From contig CAYGFD010000001.1 in the NCBI GenBank assembly GCA_964349095.1, positions 13,867 through 56,580 on the forward strand: a stretch of DNA of 42,714 nucleotides. Direction: 5' to 3'. This stretch comes from an uncultured Gammaproteobacteria bacterium (GTDB lineage Bacteria; Patescibacteriota; Patescibacteriia; Veblenbacterales; UBA10138). Positions 38,740 through 42,714 of the stretch are shown piece by piece. The notes under the pieces were generated by a model, which was given only the letters and a program-made list of their open reading frames with translations, had not been told where the DNA came from and searched no databases. Both the position numbers and the translations under genes were made by a program. Position 1 is the first letter of the stretch. Every line of letters starts with the position of its first letter.

Positions 38740-40515
38740 ATGGCAGTAGTAGACAAACAAAACGATATCGTACCGTTTGCGCAGACTAGTTTTCGCAACC
38801 ATAATGTTAAGTTTGGAATTAAACTCGATGATCGTCGTCGACATGTTTATATAGTTGGTAAGACTGGTATGGGAAAGACCGTAGTTTTGGAAAACATGAT
38901 TACGGCCGATATTCGAAATGGACACGGGTTAGCGGTAGTAGATCCACACGGCGATTTAGTGCAAAAAATTCTTGAAACTATTCCAGCCCATCGCATTAAC
39001 GATGTTATTTATTTCAATCCGTCAGATATTGATTACCCTGTTGCTTTCAACGTTTTAGAGCAAGTGGATCCTCGTTACCGTCACTTGGTAGCGTCTGGTC
39101 TGGTTGGTGTCTTTAAGAAAATTTGGGCAGATTCCTGGGGGCCGCGACTGGAGTACATATTGAGAAATGCCATTTTATCGTTATTGGAATATCCCAGCTC
39201 AACTTTGCTAGGTATCACCAGAATTTTAGTAGATAAAAAATATAGAAAGAAAGTTTTGGAACAGGTTACCGATCCGGTTGTTCGGTCGTTTTGGCTAGAC
39301 GAGTATGAGAACTACAATGAGAAATTTAGAGTTGAGGCAGTATCGCCAATCCAGAATAAGATAGGACAATTTTTATCGTCATCAATTATTAGAAATATTG
39401 TCGGTCAGCCCAAATCAACGCTCGATGTTAGAGATATAATGGATAATGAAAAAATACTTCTACTGGACTTGGCTAAGGGAAAGATCGGTGAAGATAACGC
39501 TTCGCTACTGGGAGCTATGATGATAACCAAGATGCAACTGGCCGCGATGAGTAGAATTGATATACCAGAAATGGAAAGAAAGGATTTCTTCCTATACGTT
39601 GATGAGTTCCAAAACTTTATAACAGATTCTTTTGCCAATATTTTATCGGAGGCGCGAAAATATCGCCTTAACTTAATTATGGCTCATCAATACATCGAGC
39701 AACTGGGCGATGTAGTAAAGGCCGCGGTATTTGGTAACGTCGGGACAATTATTTGTTTTAGAATCGGGGCTGAAGACGCGGAGTTTTTGGAAAAAGAATT
39801 TGAGCCCATATTCATGCAGAATGATTTAGTTAACTTGCCGAAGTTTCATGTTTATTTGAAATTAATGATTGATGGAATTACTTCTGACCCATTTAGCGCT
39901 AACACTCTTCCGCCTGTCGCGCAGTTGACTGGCAATAAAGCAAAAGTAATAAAAGTTTCTCGGGAACGCTATAGTAATAAGAGGGAAGAGGTTGAGGAAA
40001 AAATATTGCGATGGTCTGGTGTGGAGGATGTCTTTAAAGCCACGGCCCATCAGGAGAGTAAAAGCATTCCAGATGAGGATAAGATGTTTAAGTCCGCTCC
40101 AGCTAGAAAAAAAACAGAAAATAAAGAGTCGGAAGATTTGTTTGAGAGTCAGTGTTGGGTTTGTGGAAAAAAAGTTATGTTACCTTTTGAGCCTGATGGT
40201 GTGCGTCCGGTATATTGCAAGGAAGATATAAAGAAGGTGCGGCAGGGTCTGATTCCTAAACCAAAACCGCCATTGCAAGTAAAATCGCATCAAGTCGAGA
40301 AGCAGATTGTGGAGGATCAGGTAAAGCCGGTTAGCATCCCGCACGATGTAATAGTAAGGGATACAGGACCGTCGGTTTCATTGCAGGAGTTATTAAAAAA
40401 AGCCCAACCACGCCATGAGACTAAGAATATTTCTCAGTCGCCTCAGCCGATTTTAGCTGAGTCGTCTGACACTAGTTTAAGTAGCTTAAAGCCCGGGCAG
40501 GTAGTTCGTTTTTAA
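38740..40515 (+). CDS. VirD4/TraD-like (FtsK-HerA superfamily) P-loop NTPase (591 aa) with a Lys/Pro-rich, Cys-motif C-terminal tail
   Basis: DDRRRHVYIVGKTGMGKT (Walker A, nt 38858-38881), DPHGDL, FFLYVDEFQNF (Walker B), LIMAHQY. Long collinear similarity to the C-half of ORF 26837-29383. Tail CWVCGKKVMLPFEPDGVRPVYC. Confidence 0.85.
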   Translation: MAVVDKQNDIVPFAQTSFRNHNVKFGIKLDDRRRHVYIVGKTGMGKTVVLENMITADIRNGHGLAVVDPHGDLVQKILETIPAHRINDVIYFNPSDIDYPVAFNVLEQVDPRYRHLVASGLVGVFKKIWADSWGPRLEYILRNAILSLLEYPSSTLLGITRILVDKKYRKKVLEQVTDPVVRSFWLDEYENYNEKFRVEAVSPIQNKIGQFLSSSIIRNIVGQPKSTLDVRDIMDNEKILLLDLAKGKIGEDNASLLGAMMITKMQLAAMSRIDIPEMERKDFFLYVDEFQNFITDSFANILSEARKYRLNLIMAHQYIEQLGDVVKAAVFGNVGTIICFRIGAEDAEFLEKEFEPIFMQNDLVNLPKFHVYLKLMIDGITSDPFSANTLPPVAQLTGNKAKVIKVSRERYSNKREEVEEKILRWSGVEDVFKATAHQESKSIPDEDKMFKSAPARKKTENKESEDLFESQCWVCGKKVMLPFEPDGVRPVYCKEDIKKVRQGLIPKPKPPLQVKSHQVEKQIVEDQVKPVSIPHDVIVRDTGPSVSLQELLKKAQPRHETKNISQSPQPILAESSDTSLSSLKPGQVVRF

Positions 40516-40516
40516 T

Positions 40517-41443
40517 ATGAATAAAATTATCAAAAATATTTCAAGTATAAAAGTTCAGGGCGCAACCAAGGTGGCGTTCACATCTTTATTACTGGTCAAA
40601 AATTCTTTAAGAAAATTATCGTGGCCGCCTCAAAAAAAATCTTTTGATCTGGTTGCTGACCAGGCAGGCCTGATTGGTAGATTGCGATCTACTGAACCAC
40701 TGACGAGAAATTTAATCCGCTGGTTATTGCTTGAGGCCTTTACCATCTACAAGAAAAACAATAATCGAGAAAATTTTAATAAATATTTGAACGCGCTATA
40801 TAACAGGGCGATTGGACATTATGCCGATGTCGAAGATAGTATTGTTCGAACGGCTTTAAAAAAGATAAATGATGGTGATAATGTTTTTACGCATTGCCAC
40901 TCCAGTTTAGTTGAGAAGATATTAATCGCGGCTAAGCAATCTGGAAAAAAAATTACCGTGTATCATACAGAAACCAGACCTTTATTTCAAGGGAGGATTA
41001 CCGAGAAAAATTTGCGTAAGGCTGGTGTTAAGTCATTCATGGTTGCAGATTCAGCTGCCGCTTATTTAGTATCCAAGCACTCGGGTGACGATATTAGTAT
41101 TGATTTGGTTGTCTTGGGCGCAGACGCCCTCTTGGCTGATGGCAGTGTTATTAACAAGATTGGTAGTTTTGGTATCGCACTGGCTGCGTATGACTCTAAA
41201 ATACCAGTTTATGTTGCAAGTAGTTTGTTAAAGTTTGATATAGATTCCACAACTAAAATTGAAATGAGGAGTTCGGGGGAGATTTGGCCAAACCATCCTA
41301 GTAAAACACGTATTTTAAATTATGCCTTTGACCGCATCCCTGCTAAAATGATTACAGAAATTATTTGTGAAAACGGGGCTGTAAAGCCTAAATCGATTTC
41401 TAAATTAGCTAAAAAACAATATGCGAAATTATTTAATTATTAA
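40517..41443 (+). CDS. eIF-2B alpha/beta/delta-family isomerase, probable ribose-1,5-bisphosphate isomerase
   Basis: eIF-2B-family fold motifs (VFTHCHSS with Cys, VVLGADALLADGSVINKIGS with Asp). Size is about 308 aa and it lies next to RuBisCO. The start is 1 nt after the upstream stop. Confidence 0.8.
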   Translation: MNKIIKNISSIKVQGATKVAFTSLLLVKNSLRKLSWPPQKKSFDLVADQAGLIGRLRSTEPLTRNLIRWLLLEAFTIYKKNNNRENFNKYLNALYNRAIGHYADVEDSIVRTALKKINDGDNVFTHCHSSLVEKILIAAKQSGKKITVYHTETRPLFQGRITEKNLRKAGVKSFMVADSAAAYLVSKHSGDDISIDLVVLGADALLADGSVINKIGSFGIALAAYDSKIPVYVASSLLKFDIDSTTKIEMRSSGEIWPNHPSKTRILNYAFDRIPAKMITEIICENGAVKPKSISKLAKKQYAKLFNY

Positions 41444-41452
41444 TCCATCGCT

Positions 41453-41860
41453 ATGTCACTAAAGATGAAAACTGCTGAAAAATTGAATATCGTTAGAGGT
41501 CAGCCACGACTTAGAAAGATGTGGTATACATACATAACGCTTGTCAGTATAAACATTATTTTGGTTTTAATTAATTTATCAAACCATTACTTCAGTAGCC
41601 TTAAAGATGCTGACAATTCAGAAAAATTGATATTTGCAATCTTGGCTTTGCTTGTGCTGACTTGGTTAATTATTGTCCTTATAGGTGCGTACAGATTGAG
41701 CCGTTGGGTAGGTATTTTTTACATACTTGGATTATTGGAGGCTATAGGGAATTTTAATATTTTAGCAATAATATTTACAGGTTTAGTAATTTATTTTTAT
41801 TATTATATTTCTAATAAAGTTGAGTTACTTGGAAATACACCAGTTACAAGTAAGTCGTAA
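41453..41860 (+). CDS. Hypothetical membrane protein (135 aa, 3-4 TM)
   Basis: Hydrophobic profile. Sits between the isomerase and RuBisCO genes. Confidence 0.5.
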   Translation: MSLKMKTAEKLNIVRGQPRLRKMWYTYITLVSINIILVLINLSNHYFSSLKDADNSEKLIFAILALLVLTWLIIVLIGAYRLSRWVGIFYILGLLEAIGNFNILAIIFTGLVIYFYYYISNKVELLGNTPVTSKS

Positions 41861-41905
41861 TTTATCCTAAAGTCTTGACTCTGTTTAAAAATTATTTAAT
41901 TAAAT

Positions 41906-42714
41906 ATGGCCGTACAACTAAATTATATTGCCCCAGATGGGTGGCAACCAAAAAACCCAGACGAAGATTACGTTATCGCCCAGTTTAAAATACAGCTCGC
42001 AGCTGGTATTCCCGATAACGTATTTTTAGATGCCGCTGCATCTGTGGCCGCTGAATCCTCAACCGGGACCTGGACCAAGGTAGAATCAAGGCCGGATTCT
42101 GGGATGAAAACCGCAGAAGAATATAAAGCGGTTGTATTTGATGTTGATAGAAAAAACCACATGTTCAAAGTGGCCTACAGAACCGATTTATTTGAACCAG
42201 GAAATATATCTGGATTTTTGGCAGGGCCGGCGGGAAATATTGCCGGAATGAAAATGGTGCAGGGCTTGAGATTATTTGATGTTCGTTTTCCACGCTCACT
42301 GGTAGAGTCATTTCCTGGGCCACGTTTTGGTATAGCCGGACTTAGAGATATGCTGGGCAGCAAGAATCGCTGGCCAATTATGGGTACAGTTCCTAAACCT
42401 AAGGTGGGTAGGTCGGCAACCGAGCAAGCGATGTTAGCAAGACGTATGTGGCAGGCCGGTGACGGTACTTATGAATTTATTAAGGATGATGAAAATTTAA
42501 CCAGCTTACCTTTTAATAAATTTGAAGATCGTACGCGACAAATATTAGATGTGCAGCGTGAGATTGAGCAGGCGAGTGGAAATAAAAAATTATATTTATG
42601 TAATTTAACGCACTCCAACATCGATATTATGATGGATCGGGCAAACTTGATTAAAGAAAATGGCGGTCGGGTAATGATGATCGATGTTGTTACAACTGGC
42701 ATGGCGGCCGTTCA
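41906..42714 (+). CDS. rbcL: RuBisCO large subunit, form II/III or III-like (5' partial, runs off the window, so absent from the ORF track)
   Basis: My translation from ATG 41906 is MAVQLNYIAPDG...AAESSTGTWT...GNISGF...GTVPKPKVGRS...FIKDDENLTS...LYLCNLT. It has the RuBisCO N-domain motif, the KPK catalytic lysines and the KDDE carbamylation/metal motif. The frame is open to 42714. Confidence 0.9.
   Translation, partial: MAVQLNYIAPDGWQPKNPDEDYVIAQFKIQLAAGIPDNVFLDAAASVAAESSTGTWTKVESRPDSGMKTAEEYKAVVFDVDRKNHMFKVAYRTDLFEPGNISGFLAGPAGNIAGMKMVQGLRLFDVRFPRSLVESFPGPRFGIAGLRDMLGSKNRWPIMGTVPKPKVGRSATEQAMLARRMWQAGDGTYEFIKDDENLTSLPFNKFEDRTRQILDVQREIEQASGNKKLYLCNLTHSNIDIMMDRANLIKENGGRVMMIDVVTTGMAAV

Noticed and set aside
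39992-40231. 79-aa alternative-frame ORF in the ATPase tail
   Set aside because: It sits within the continuous 591-aa frame, is Lys/Arg-rich as A-rich DNA tends to yield, and has no start signals.
41968-42702. Three minus-strand ORFs (41968-42168, 42175-42363, 42469-42702)
   Set aside because: They are antisense to the plus-strand RuBisCO large-subunit frame that I translated from 41906. That frame has the AAESSTGTW, KPK and KDDE motifs and is missing from the track only because it has no stop inside the window.
1-42714. CRISPR arrays, transposases, integrases, prophage genes and rRNA
   Set aside because: I found no regularly spaced direct repeats, no terminal inverted repeats and no recombinase-like ORFs in any frame. 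The GC-rich cassettes lack flanking target-site duplications that I could recognise.

Overview
Compact, low-GC bacterial window. My hand counts of 60-nt blocks in housekeeping genes give about 32-42% G+C. Genes are tightly packed, often with 1-10 nt gaps or overlapping stop/start codons. The content points to a Candidate Phyla Radiation / Patescibacteria-type genome using the standard code (TGA is a stop): short HrcA and GrpE, a MacAB-type efflux set with no outer-membrane partner, many lineage-specific hypotheticals, and a form II/III-like RuBisCO next to an eIF-2B-family ribose-1,5-bisphosphate isomerase. Housekeeping genes recognised are murA, acyP, rplI, pyrG, rpmA, hrcA-grpE, hsp20, dnaK, dnaJ, cysS, dnaX, a Dus, a CtpA-like S41 protease, tRNA-Gln(CUG) and a CPA2 antiporter. 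Three things stand out. (1) A module made of a membrane-anchored N-domain plus a VirD4/TraD-like (FtsK-HerA superfamily) P-loop ATPase occurs twice. One copy is a single fused 848-aa protein (26837-29383). The other is split into two adjacent genes (37331-38737 and 38740-40515). No other conjugation or secretion genes are nearby. The split copy sits in an operon-like array headed by a sigma-70-region-4 + HARE-HTH protein and runs directly into the nucleotide-salvage genes (R15P isomerase, RuBisCO). (2) There is a set of self-contained micro-cassettes, each a TTGACA promoter, about 50-nt leader, strong SD, small ORF and intrinsic terminator, wedged into intergenic junctions. Several have coding parts of 53-57% G+C, far above the flanks. 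Three have exactly 79 nt from the -35 box to the ATG. (3) Core genes often have a consensus -10 box only 6-11 nt from the ATG and no SD, suggesting leaderless transcripts. There is also a perfect CIRCE operator, a non-canonical NRAMP-related transporter and a membrane fatty-acid desaturase. No CRISPR array, transposase, integrase or rRNA was seen.
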